64,000 nt of DNA from an uncultured SAR86 cluster bacterium (GTDB taxonomy: Bacteria > Pseudomonadota > Gammaproteobacteria > Magnimaribacterales > D2472), in contig CACLXS010000002.1 in the NCBI GenBank assembly GCA_902610905.1, forward strand, positions 39,808 through 103,807, written 5' to 3'. The notes beneath the pieces were generated by a model. It made no database searches and had not been told where the DNA came from. It worked only from the letters and a program-made list of their open reading frames with translations. The translations under genes were made by a program, and so were the position numbers. This document shows positions 18,386-27,512 of the stretch, piece by piece (the first letter of the stretch is position 1; every line of letters begins with the position of its first letter).

Positions 18386-18873
18386 TTTCTTGAAGAAATA
18401 ACTTTAGCAGGATTACCAACTGAAATTGAATATGGCGGAGTATCTTTTGTGACTATGCTCCCCGCCCCAATAACACTACCTTTTCCAACTGTAACGCCTT
18501 GTAATATTATTGCTCCAGCACCGATCCAAACATCATCTTCTATAGTAATAGGTATGTCTTTTCTTCCCTGTTGATTAATAGGAATTTCAGTGTTTTCGAA
18601 AAGATGATTTTTAGACCATATTATTACCTTTGGTCCCAATAAGACATCATCACCAAGGTTTATGGTTCCGCATAAATGAGAATTACAATTTACATAAAAA
18701 TTTTTACCAATATTTATTTGAGAAGTGGGCATTATTCTTACTCCACTCTCAATAATTCCACTTTCAATAGTTACATTTTTTCCTAACTTAACTTTACTTT
18801 TTATTTTTATTCCAGACAGTCTTAATTTATTAACTCTGATTAACGAGATAATAGTTGATATTAAATTCTTCAC
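18382..18873 (-). CDS. Left-handed beta-helix (hexapeptide-repeat) acetyltransferase
   Basis: 163 aa containing IEDDVWIGAGAIILQGVTVGKGSVIGAGSIVTKDTPPYSISVGNPAKVI, typical of Mac/LacA-type acetyltransferases. Confidence 0.85.
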   Translation of the reverse strand: MKNLISTIISLIRVNKLRLSGIKIKSKVKLGKNVTIESGIIESGVRIMPTSQINIGKNFYVNCNSHLCGTINLGDDVLLGPKVIIWSKNHLFENTEIPINQQGRKDIPITIEDDVWIGAGAIILQGVTVGKGSVIGAGSIVTKDTPPYSISVGNPAKVISSRK

Positions 18874-20036
18874 TTTTTAAATCTCCCAAAAGTATTTTTT
18901 AAAAAAGGTTTCCAATCTCTAGTGCAAAAACTTGCATGAATGACAAATGGATTTAAAAAATATCTAAAAAATAAGATTAAATTTTTAAATATATGATCTC
19001 CTTTAATAACATTAACTAGATGTAATGTGTTATAGGTATATATTTTAGAGGTAACTGTTTGTTTTCTATTATTTAATTTACAGGTCAGCTTTTGGTTTGT
19101 CGCATTAAGCATATCAATATAAGGAATATTTACCCCAGCTAATTTTCCAGCATAATGCCACATCATATATCTAAAGTTTATTTCCATTAAAAAATATTTA
19201 TTTCTTTTAATACAATATTTAAACTCTGGCTGAACTATGCCTGTAAAGTTTCCTTCCTTTACAAGTCTTCGTGCAGATTCATAAACATCTTTATTCCACT
19301 TTGCTAATGATGATGCAAAAACGCCAAATTGCCAGGGTGACTGGCTAAGCTTTCTTCCTGTCCAATAGGCAATAATTTTTCCTTCGGAACATATACATAG
19401 ACAAGACCATACTTCTCTTGGATCAGCCTCGATTACTTCAGATACCAAAAAACTATCGTCCTCACTTTTTGAATTTAAAAATGAAATTAATTCAGAATTA
19501 CAGGAAAATTTTTTTGCTCTAAAATAGTTCTTGCTTGTGAGCTCTCGATTATCACGAGATTCAGGTTTAACTACGCAAGTAAAATCTTTAATTTTCTTAA
19601 TATTTTCAATTATACTTTTTCTAGTTCCACTATAGGTTTCTGGACAGTCTACCTGAGCACTTTTAGCTAATTTATACTGATTGATTTTTGAATTAAAGCT
19701 TGTATTAAATTGGTGGCTAGTCCAGAGAACATTTTGTTCTAGATTGCTTTGACAAATTTCATCTAAATGCCAATCTGCTGTTGCAAACAAAATAATTTTT
19801 TTTGAATTATTTTGTTTTGCGAAATCATTAATAGTTTTTAAAATAGAAGAATTTTTATTGTATGGAATAAAGGTGTCGATAAGCTTGCTGACTGAAACCA
19901 TTGCATTTGAATCAGCAACAATTGCAATGTTGCAATGTCCGTAAAGGCTTCTTACTATTCCATATGCATTTATATGTCCGCCCAAGACTAAAGCGATATT
20001 TTCTTCTAATTTAAGATTCTTTTTAAAATGTTCCAT
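18870..20036 (-). CDS. ATP-grasp family ligase (COG3919-type carboxylate-amine ligase)
   Basis: 388 aa. The N-terminus ALVLGGHINAYGIVRSLYGH matches the COG3919 pre-ATP-grasp pattern. Also present are VVKPESRD, EVIEAD and the Mg/ATP-site-like FLMEINFR (E-x-N). Confidence 0.65.
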   Translation of the reverse strand: MEHFKKNLKLEENIALVLGGHINAYGIVRSLYGHCNIAIVADSNAMVSVSKLIDTFIPYNKNSSILKTINDFAKQNNSKKIILFATADWHLDEICQSNLEQNVLWTSHQFNTSFNSKINQYKLAKSAQVDCPETYSGTRKSIIENIKKIKDFTCVVKPESRDNRELTSKNYFRAKKFSCNSELISFLNSKSEDDSFLVSEVIEADPREVWSCLCICSEGKIIAYWTGRKLSQSPWQFGVFASSLAKWNKDVYESARRLVKEGNFTGIVQPEFKYCIKRNKYFLMEINFRYMMWHYAGKLAGVNIPYIDMLNATNQKLTCKLNNRKQTVTSKIYTYNTLHLVNVIKGDHIFKNLILFFRYFLNPFVIHASFCTRDWKPFLKNTFGRFKK

Positions 20037-21127
20037 ACATGTTTATAACCAAATTGATTGAAGAGTTTTATAGCAATATAGCTCCAGCGAGTAAATTTTA
20101 CAGTATTTGAAACCAGAAAATATATTGATTTATAAAAATTGTTATTTGGTACAAGCTTAAGAATTAGTTTTTTAAAATGATATTTAATAAAAAATAATAA
20201 ATAGTATATTCCTTTAAGTGGTTTGACTGATGATGAAGAAAATGACTGAATCATAAAACTTTCTTTAAAAGAATGGTTATGAGTATCAAATTCACAAATT
20301 AAAGAGATTCTATTTTTTAATCTCCATTTTTTTAAGGTGAGTTCATTTACTTTATGATACGAGTATGTCTCCTTAAAATATTCTCTTTTTTTACTTAATT
20401 GTGTTGGAGGCTCGATAACGAAATTTGGGAATAAAAAATTACCTAATGAATAATATACAGGCTTATTATAAAATCTTTCAGATGGGAGAATTATATGAGG
20501 GTGCATTCCAATAATCGCTTTAACATTTTGATGATATAAAATTTTCTTTGCAAGATTTCTAGTATAGGGATGTGGAATTGGAACATGCTCAACACCCCAA
20601 TGAATAAATATAATAAAATCTTTCTCTTTATGTTTGTTCAATTGTAAACTTATACTCTTATAATCACCTGCCATTAACCCAGGCTTTGAATCTGTTGCTA
20701 AAGCTATATTATTAAGTGTAGGCTTATTAAATGCGCAACATCCCAATATCCATATATTGTTACTCAAAAGTGTTGGTTGCTCAGCTTCATCTTTGTTAGA
20801 ACCAGCACCAAATACTTTAGAGCCAGACGTTTCTATTATTCTTTTTATATATCCAATATTATCAAGCCCTCCGTCATGAATATGATTATTAGCAAGTCCG
20901 ATATGTGTTGGTTTTAGATTGCCAATTCCACGAATTAAACTATTTTCAGATGACAAAACTGTAGATTTATTTTTAATACTAGATGAATAAATTGATTGTT
21001 CAATATTTGTAATAAGGAAATCAAAATTCTTATTAGGATATTCAATTTCAAATGATTTATTTTCTAAGCAACCTACAAAACATGTATCACCAGTGAATAT
21101 AGCTTTTCTACTAATATTATTTATCAT
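20006..21127 (-). CDS. CapA/PgsA-like (PGA_cap) metallophosphoesterase-fold protein
   Basis: 373 aa with GDTCF, GLANNHIHDGG, FGAG, IFIHWGVEH, IIGMHPHI and YYSLGNFLF. These follow the order of conserved blocks in the poly-gamma-glutamate CapA family. Confidence 0.7.
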   Translation of the reverse strand: MINNISRKAIFTGDTCFVGCLENKSFEIEYPNKNFDFLITNIEQSIYSSSIKNKSTVLSSENSLIRGIGNLKPTHIGLANNHIHDGGLDNIGYIKRIIETSGSKVFGAGSNKDEAEQPTLLSNNIWILGCCAFNKPTLNNIALATDSKPGLMAGDYKSISLQLNKHKEKDFIIFIHWGVEHVPIPHPYTRNLAKKILYHQNVKAIIGMHPHIILPSERFYNKPVYYSLGNFLFPNFVIEPPTQLSKKREYFKETYSYHKVNELTLKKWRLKNRISLICEFDTHNHSFKESFMIQSFSSSSVKPLKGIYYLLFFIKYHFKKLILKLVPNNNFYKSIYFLVSNTVKFTRWSYIAIKLFNQFGYKHVWNILKRILN

Positions 21128-22340
21128 AATTATGTGTAATAAAATTTCTTAAAATTAATAGCAAAGCTAAATAAAATATAAATGAAACCGCAACATATGC
21201 GTTCAATAACAAAATATAGTTCCCTTCATAATTATTAAAAATATATAAAAGTAACATATTTGTAATGCCCAAATAAGTAATATTCCAATACAAAGAAATA
21301 TCCTGCTTACTATAAACATTTGTTGTCATGGAAACTGGTACAACAATGAGTTTTATAAAGAATATTGGAACAAGAATCGTAGCTAATTGAAAGATACCCT
21401 GCCAATTTTCATCAATGATCCCATGATTAATATTTTGAGAAAAAAAGTAAGCAGAGCTAAAAATTACTCCAGAGATAGCTACCAAAATTAAAGTTGTTTT
21501 GTTGAATAGCTTTAATGCTTTTACTTTACTTTCCTTAATTTTTGATGCGGATCTATAATAAACTCTTCCAACCGCTGATCCAATTAAAGCAGATGGAGCT
21601 CCCAATAACCTTTCTATGTATGCATAATGTCCTAATACAACCTCACCTCCAGAGCCTCCAATAAAAAATGGAATAGAGCTTTTTCCCATTGTATTAATGA
21701 AAATACTTGGTGCAGAAAATTTCGGAAATTTATAATGACGATTAAAAATTAATAATATTTTTTTTATTTTGAATTTAATTTTTAAATTAGGCCAAATTAA
21801 ATAATTAACTAGCATTAATGAAAGAATATGCGCCAAAAGCATCACATAAATATTGCTTATGAAAAGGTATCCAAAAATTATTTGAATTGATACCAATACA
21901 ATATTTTTAATAATTTGAGATTTAGCAATCTTAGAATATTTTTCTTGTCTGTTGTAAAAAGAATAGTTTATATTCCAGAGAGCTGTAAAAAATATTCCCA
22001 AAGGGACTGCAAAAAGAAATATTTCTAGATGATCATAAACTATTACGCTCAAGAGTGATGCAATTAAAGTAAATACAATAGAAATTAAAGAGGCTATAAA
22101 TGAGAGCAGAATTGTTGTGCTATACAAAATCTTTATATGATGATTTTTTGCTATCACAATTGCATGCTCTAACCTTAAGGAGGCTGCAGAAGAGACAAGA
22201 TTTACTATAGCGATATATAAGGCATATATTGCAAAGGCTTTTGGTTCGTATATCTTAATCAATATAGGTAAAGACAATACGACAATTATTTGAGATGCGG
22301 TAGATGCAGAGGCTAGGTTTATAACTGATCTAATAAACAT
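21117..22340 (-). CDS. wzx: Oligosaccharide flippase (Wzx, MOP superfamily)
   Basis: 407 aa with about 12 TM segments. The N-terminus NLASASTASQIIVVLSLPILIKIYEPKAFAIYALY is typical of Wzx/RfbX. Confidence 0.8.
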   Translation of the reverse strand: MFIRSVINLASASTASQIIVVLSLPILIKIYEPKAFAIYALYIAIVNLVSSAASLRLEHAIVIAKNHHIKILYSTTILLSFIASLISIVFTLIASLLSVIVYDHLEIFLFAVPLGIFFTALWNINYSFYNRQEKYSKIAKSQIIKNIVLVSIQIIFGYLFISNIYVMLLAHILSLMLVNYLIWPNLKIKFKIKKILLIFNRHYKFPKFSAPSIFINTMGKSSIPFFIGGSGGEVVLGHYAYIERLLGAPSALIGSAVGRVYYRSASKIKESKVKALKLFNKTTLILVAISGVIFSSAYFFSQNINHGIIDENWQGIFQLATILVPIFFIKLIVVPVSMTTNVYSKQDISLYWNITYLGITNMLLLYIFNNYEGNYILLLNAYVAVSFIFYLALLLILRNFITHNYDK

Positions 22341-22352
22341 TTCTAGCTAATT

Positions 22353-23486
22353 TTAATTTTTCAAAACTTCTTCTATAATTTTATTTTGTGCACTCTCTGA
22401 AAGATATGGATGCATTGGAAGACTAAGGACACTTTTAGAGAGCATTGCAGAAACTTCTACACCTGATGATACTCTTGGATAATGAGAATATCCCTTTTGT
22501 GAGGATAAAGGTATGGGATAATAAACAACAGAGGGTATTCCTGAAGATTTAAGGTTTTTTTGAAAAAGGTCCCTATCTTTATCATTTAAAATCAAAGTAT
22601 ATTGAGCCCATGCGCTAGACATATAATCTGGAATGTTGGGGGTAAGATATTTGACTGATAAAGCTTCTGTATAAATATTTGCAACGTTGTTTCTGAGTTT
22701 CAATTCTTCTTCAAATAGTTTTAATTTTTCAATTAAGATAGCTGCTTGAATGGTATCAAGCCTTGAATTCAAACCCACTATGACATTATCGTATTTTTCA
22801 GAGCCTTTGCCATGCAGCCTTAAAGAATTTATCTTCTGAGCATAATCATCGTTATTTGTAAAAATGGCACCTCCATCACCATAGCAACCCAAAGGTTTAG
22901 CGGGGAAAAAACTTGTAGTAGTTATGTCACCCAATGAACCTACTTTTGTATTCCTAAATGACGCACCAAAGCTTTGAGCACCGTCTACAAGAACTTTTAT
23001 ATTTTCTGAATGTGCTATTTTTGATATGACATCTATATCTGCTGGTCTTCCAAATAAATCAACCGCTATTACACATTTAGGGTTAAGCCCTTCGTTGCGG
23101 CAATCAATTATTGCCTGTTTAAAACTTTCAGAATCGATGTTAAAGGAATCTTTTGAAACATCAACAAAATATGGGGTTGCACCTAGTTGTGCTGGAGCTT
23201 CCGCAGATGCAACATATGTAAATGAGGGAATAAATACAACATCTCCTCTGCCAATACCCCAAGTCATCAAGGCAAGGGTAAGTGCATCAGTCCCGTTAGC
23301 ACAAGTGAGCGCATGCTTAGCTTTTGTAAAATTTTTCAGCTGCTCTTCAAAAGTTTTTACCTCTGGGCCCATAATATATTGACCATGATCTAGGACATTT
23401 TTTATGGCAATATCTAATTTTGATCTAATTAGTTTTTGTTGTGCAACTAAATCTATAAACTTTGCAGGTTCTGAGTATTCACTCAT
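22353..23486 (-). CDS. wbpE: DegT/DnrJ/EryC1-type PLP aminotransferase, WbpE-like (UDP-2-acetamido-2-deoxy-3-oxo-glucuronate aminotransferase)
   Basis: 377 aa containing GPEV..FE, CANGTDALTLAL and the FFPAKPLGCYGDGGA lysine block. It lies next to wbpD-, wbpB- and wbpA-like genes. Confidence 0.8.
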   Translation of the reverse strand: MSEYSEPAKFIDLVAQQKLIRSKLDIAIKNVLDHGQYIMGPEVKTFEEQLKNFTKAKHALTCANGTDALTLALMTWGIGRGDVVFIPSFTYVASAEAPAQLGATPYFVDVSKDSFNIDSESFKQAIIDCRNEGLNPKCVIAVDLFGRPADIDVISKIAHSENIKVLVDGAQSFGASFRNTKVGSLGDITTTSFFPAKPLGCYGDGGAIFTNNDDYAQKINSLRLHGKGSEKYDNVIVGLNSRLDTIQAAILIEKLKLFEEELKLRNNVANIYTEALSVKYLTPNIPDYMSSAWAQYTLILNDKDRDLFQKNLKSSGIPSVVYYPIPLSSQKGYSHYPRVSSGVEVSAMLSKSVLSLPMHPYLSESAQNKIIEEVLKN

Positions 23487-24063
23487 TATTTATCTCCACA
23501 AGGCTGTCTTGCTCTATAAGTTTATATTTTGTTCCTTCGATTGGGCATATTAAATCATCTCCTAGGCGCCCACCAGCTTTACTAATCCACCCTATCCTTT
23601 TTGCAGGAACGCCTGCCATCAATGCAAATGGTGGAACATCTTTAGTAACTAGTGCTCCAGCGCCAATAAAGCAATATTCACCTAAATTATTACCACAAAT
23701 GATAGTTGCATTTGCTCCTATAGATGCTCCTCTTTTAACAAGAGTTTTACGATACTCATGTTTACGAACTATCTCTGACCTAGGATTGTTAACATTAGTA
23801 AAGACACAAGAAGGCCCACAAAATACACCATCTTCTATGAAAACTCCCTCATATATACTTACATTATTTTGTATTTTTACACTATTTCCTATATTTACAT
23901 TTGGTCCAATGCAAACATTTTGACCTAACGAACAATCTTTACCAATATTACTATTTTGTAGAATATGGCTAAAATGCCATATTTTTGTACCGGTTCCAAT
24001 ATTCACATCACTATCAATATAAGACGACTCATGTATATATACATTTTTAAAAATACAACTCAT
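23479..24063 (-). CDS. wbpD: WbpD/WlbB-like hexapeptide N-acetyltransferase (UDP-2-acetamido-3-amino-2,3-dideoxy-glucuronate N-acetyltransferase)
   Basis: 194 aa containing IHESSYIDSDVNIGTGTKIWHFSHI...VFTNVNNPRS...GANATIICG..LGEYCFIGAGALVTKDVPPFALMAGVPAKRIGW. Confidence 0.8.
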   Translation of the reverse strand: MSCIFKNVYIHESSYIDSDVNIGTGTKIWHFSHILQNSNIGKDCSLGQNVCIGPNVNIGNSVKIQNNVSIYEGVFIEDGVFCGPSCVFTNVNNPRSEIVRKHEYRKTLVKRGASIGANATIICGNNLGEYCFIGAGALVTKDVPPFALMAGVPAKRIGWISKAGGRLGDDLICPIEGTKYKLIEQDSLVEINNE

Positions 24064-25055
24064 AAGTCTTTAATTTTAACTGATTTATTTTGAATTGAAG
24101 ATAGGGATGAGGCAGAAAGAACCTTTAATACTTTCAAGCCCTCGTTAAAATCTGTTAAGGGGGGCTGGCCTTTACAAACTACTTCTATAAAATGGTTACA
24201 CTCATTTTTTAATGGTTCAGATTTTTCAACCCTTATGTAATTTTGTTCGCCCTTTGTTATCGTTGGCAGTTCTTTGAGAGTCTTAATTGTATGATGGTAT
24301 ATAGAAAGTTTCTTTTCCCAGACTTGCGTATCATCAAATATAGCCATTCCTTTATTTCCTATAACAACTAATTTTTGTTCTTTGCAAGGATGAAGCCATG
24401 AAACGAATACATGAGCTGAAAATTGAGATTTAAAATCTAAATGTAAAATAGAAGTATCAGCAATATTTGGTTGGATAATGCATGATGATGTTGTCTTTAC
24501 TATCTGAGGCTCTTCTTCGGCCAACGATAAAATCATTGAAATATCATGAGGTGCAAAGCTCCAAATCACATCTTCTTCAGTACGGATTTTACCAAAACTC
24601 AAGCGATTAGAATAAATGTAATTTAAATCTCCTAATTCTCCTGATTTGACAATTTCTTTTAATTTAACAAAAACCGGATGATATTGAAGAAGATGTCCTA
24701 CCATAAGTTGCACATTATTTTTTTTTGCAGTTTCTATCATTAAATTGGCCTCACTTACATTCATAGCTAGAGGCTTTTCAACAAATACATGTTTTTTTGC
24801 ATTCATAACATCAATTGCCAAAGATGCATGAAACTCAGCTGGGACAGCTAAAACAACAGCATCGATATCTTTATTAGTAAGGACTTCTGAAAAATTGAAA
24901 TGTGGAACATCATATTCATTTGCAAAAAAATTAGCTACATCGTTGTTAGGATCGCATACCGCTCCTAATGCACCGATTTCAGCATAATTTCTTACTAAAT
25001 TTTTACCCCAATAACCACATCCAACAACGGCAATATTTCTTTTTATTTTAACCAT
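24060..25055 (-). CDS. wbpB: Gfo/Idh/MocA oxidoreductase, WbpB-like (UDP-GlcNAcA 3-dehydrogenase)
   Basis: 331 aa with Rossmann IAVVGCGYWGKN and VFVEKPLA. It sits between the wbpA-like and wbpD-like genes. Confidence 0.75.
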   Translation of the reverse strand: MVKIKRNIAVVGCGYWGKNLVRNYAEIGALGAVCDPNNDVANFFANEYDVPHFNFSEVLTNKDIDAVVLAVPAEFHASLAIDVMNAKKHVFVEKPLAMNVSEANLMIETAKKNNVQLMVGHLLQYHPVFVKLKEIVKSGELGDLNYIYSNRLSFGKIRTEEDVIWSFAPHDISMILSLAEEEPQIVKTTSSCIIQPNIADTSILHLDFKSQFSAHVFVSWLHPCKEQKLVVIGNKGMAIFDDTQVWEKKLSIYHHTIKTLKELPTITKGEQNYIRVEKSEPLKNECNHFIEVVCKGQPPLTDFNEGLKVLKVLSASSLSSIQNKSVKIKDL

Positions 25056-25082
25056 TCTTAGATATTAAAATTATGAGTGATA

Positions 25083-26378
25083 TTAAAGTCTAAAAACATC
25101 AAAACCTTCCTCGATTAAACTTTCTTTTTTGTAAATTGATTTTATGTCAGCTATTACTGGTGATAATCCTTTGCACATATCTCTTAAATACTCACAGCTA
25201 AGATTGCGGTACTCTTCATGTCCTACAGCAACAATGATTGAATCAAGCTTGTGTCTTACTTCATCTATTTTTGTTAATTTAATGCCGTAAGTTTGTTCAA
25301 CATCGACTGGATCAGCCCATTCATCTGAAACAATAACATTTGTACCCCATTTTTTAAGTTCAGCAATAACATCAATTATTTTAGTATTTCGAATATCAGG
25401 ACAATTTTCTTTAAAAGTGATTCCTAAAACACCTACATTACTACTATGAATATCAATCCTATTTAATACCATTTTTTGTATTAACTTATTGACCACATAT
25501 AAAGCCATATTATCGTTAATCCTCCTTCCAGCTAAAATTACTTCAGGGTTATATCCAACTTGTTCAGCCTTATGTGTTAAATAGTATGGATCTACTCCTA
25601 TACAATGTCCTCCTACAAGTCCTGGCTTAAAAGGCAAAAAATTCCACTTGCTTGCAGCTGCATCTAAAACATCAAGAGTATCAACCTCAAGTCTATTAAA
25701 AATTACTGAAAGTTCATTCACTAAAGCAATATTTAAATCTCTCTGAGTATTCTCAATAACTTTTGCAGCCTCTGCTACTTTGATACTTGAAGCCTTAAAG
25801 GTTCCTGCTGTAATAATAGTTTTATATAGATCATCAATTTTTTTACTAGTCTCTGGTGTTGAGCCACTTGTAATCTTAACAATTTTAGTGAGAGTATTTA
25901 CCTTATCACCAGGGTTAATTCTTTCTGGGCTATATCCACAAAAAAAGTCTTTATTAAATATTAACTGTGAATAGGATTCAAGTATTGGTACGCAAACTTC
26001 TTCAGTACAACCAGGATAAACAGTTGATTCGTAAATAACAATATCATCAACCTTTAGATATTTACCTATCATTTTACTTGCATTAATAATTGGATTTAAG
26101 TTTGGCCGATTAACTTCATCAATAGGAGTTGGAACTGTAACGATGTATACATTAACGTCTTTTAAATCATCAAGGTTATAGGTAAAGTTGAGATGTCTAG
26201 ATTTCTGAATATCCTCACTGTTTACTTCAAGGGTTTGGTCTATCCCTTTTTTTAAATCTTCAATTCTTGATTCACTTATATCAAAACCAATAGTTTCTAT
26301 AGAATTGCCAAATTCTACTGCTAGCGGTAAACCAACATACCCTAAACCAATTATTGCTACTTTTTGTTCATCTATCAT
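25083..26378 (-). CDS. wbpA: UDP-N-acetyl-hexosamine 6-dehydrogenase (WbpA/WbpO/TviB family nucleotide-sugar dehydrogenase)
   Basis: 431 aa containing VAIIGLGYVGLPLAVEF, YSPERINPGD and the catalytic GGHCIGVDPYYL. Confidence 0.85.
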   Translation of the reverse strand: MIDEQKVAIIGLGYVGLPLAVEFGNSIETIGFDISESRIEDLKKGIDQTLEVNSEDIQKSRHLNFTYNLDDLKDVNVYIVTVPTPIDEVNRPNLNPIINASKMIGKYLKVDDIVIYESTVYPGCTEEVCVPILESYSQLIFNKDFFCGYSPERINPGDKVNTLTKIVKITSGSTPETSKKIDDLYKTIITAGTFKASSIKVAEAAKVIENTQRDLNIALVNELSVIFNRLEVDTLDVLDAAASKWNFLPFKPGLVGGHCIGVDPYYLTHKAEQVGYNPEVILAGRRINDNMALYVVNKLIQKMVLNRIDIHSSNVGVLGITFKENCPDIRNTKIIDVIAELKKWGTNVIVSDEWADPVDVEQTYGIKLTKIDEVRHKLDSIIVAVGHEEYRNLSCEYLRDMCKGLSPVIADIKSIYKKESLIEEGFDVFRL

Positions 26379-26428
26379 AAAAACTTTTCCAAATATAAGA
26401 AATTAATTATCCCCTTGGATATTCTTTT

Positions 26429-27331
26429 TTATCTTTCTCTATATTGTTGGATAAAGATAAATATCAAAGATAAGAATGCTCCAAAAAACGTGCTGACTAT
26501 TACTATTATTGATCTTGATGGAGATGATTTATATTCAGGTACTATCGGTGGATCAATTATTTTAAAAACATAACTGTCGGTAGATGATGCAAGCATTAAT
26601 GTTCGCATTTGATTTTCAAGCAGCCTGGATGTTACCTCTTTGATAGATTGAATACTAGTAGTATTTTGAGCTTCATTTAAATAGTCAATTGATTTTTTAG
26701 CCAACATTTTATCTGCCTCACGCATACTTTCATTTATTTGTTCGATAATAATATTAAGCCATTTTTGAGCAATAATAGGAGATTTGTGATTAACGCTCAC
26801 TGAAATAAATGAGGTTCTACTATTTTCATTAACAGTTATATTTTCTTTGTATACTCTATAAGCTTCTTGAAGTGATGGTTGGTTTTTCTCACTATATTTT
26901 GAAGAACCTATCCAGGTTTGTGTATCATTTTTATAGATTTTATTGTCGTAAACTATAGTGTTATTTTCAGCATCCCATTTTTTTACAGCCATCAAGTTTT
27001 CTAATTGAATATTGGGTATAAAAAAATTAGCAAAAAAATCAAAAGATTTTATTCTTTCAATACCCTCTTTACTTTTACTAGTCTGATCAACTGGAATAGA
27101 AACTCCAGCCAAAGAGCCTAAAGAAGATAAACTTCCTAGTTTTGATGACATGGCATCTTGTGAATTTGATGGTAATAAAAGAACTTTAGATGAATATATG
27201 TTAGCCAAACTTAATGCATATAGAACTGAACAAACTGCAAAAAATGTAGATATACTTAGTATAGTAAGCTTTTTTTTCCACAGAATAGTAAAGATTTCCT
27301 TTAGATTAATTTCGTCACTAGCTGTATCCAT
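26429..27331 (-). CDS. wzz: Polysaccharide chain-length determinant (Wzz, PCP-1 family)
   Basis: 300 aa containing EINLKEIFTILWKKK plus TM1, a periplasmic coiled region, and a C-terminal P-rich segment plus TM2 (SPSRSIIVIVSTFFGAFLSLIFIF). Confidence 0.8.
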   Translation of the reverse strand: MDTASDEINLKEIFTILWKKKLTILSISTFFAVCSVLYALSLANIYSSKVLLLPSNSQDAMSSKLGSLSSLGSLAGVSIPVDQTSKSKEGIERIKSFDFFANFFIPNIQLENLMAVKKWDAENNTIVYDNKIYKNDTQTWIGSSKYSEKNQPSLQEAYRVYKENITVNENSRTSFISVSVNHKSPIIAQKWLNIIIEQINESMREADKMLAKKSIDYLNEAQNTTSIQSIKEVTSRLLENQMRTLMLASSTDSYVFKIIDPPIVPEYKSSPSRSIIVIVSTFFGAFLSLIFIFIQQYRER

Positions 27332-27399
27332 AATATATTACCACTTTCAATATGAATTAATTATATCAAGATATATATTAAAAATAATAAAAATTATGT

Positions 27400-27486
27400 T
27401 GGTACCCGAGGCCGGACTTGAACCGGCACGATATTTCTATCGAGGGATTTTAAGTCCCTTGTGTCTACCAATTCCACCACTCGGGC
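27400..27486 (-). tRNA. tRNA-Leu (anticodon UAA), CCA encoded
   Basis: 87 nt, read as the reverse complement: GCCCGAG TG GTGGAATTGGTAGACAC A AGGGA CTTAAAA TCCCT, a long variable arm CGATAGAAATATCGT, GCCGG TTCAAGT CCGGC CTCGGGT A CCA. Confidence 0.9.
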
Positions 27487-27512
27487 TGATATTTACTTGT
27501 CTCCAATTATTT

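Noticed and set aside
23462-23923. A 153-aa plus-strand ORF antisense to the wbpD-like gene. The same applies to 23026..23382 (antisense to the wbpE-like gene), 38820..39284 (hisC), 41554..42126 and other ORFs antisense to gyrA, 36413..36745 (aroA) and 44711..45016 (pntB).
   Set aside because: All lie entirely within, and antisense to, genes with strong family signatures. Their sequences are Ser/Pro/Leu-rich, as expected from reverse-complemented codons, with no recognisable motifs.
11623-27331. Whether the polysaccharide locus hides a defence or toxin system among its poorly conserved genes.
   Set aside because: Every ORF there has a plausible glycan-biosynthesis assignment (transferase, flippase, polymerase or sugar-modifying enzyme). 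I saw no nuclease, ATPase/helicase, methyltransferase or small toxin-antitoxin pair.
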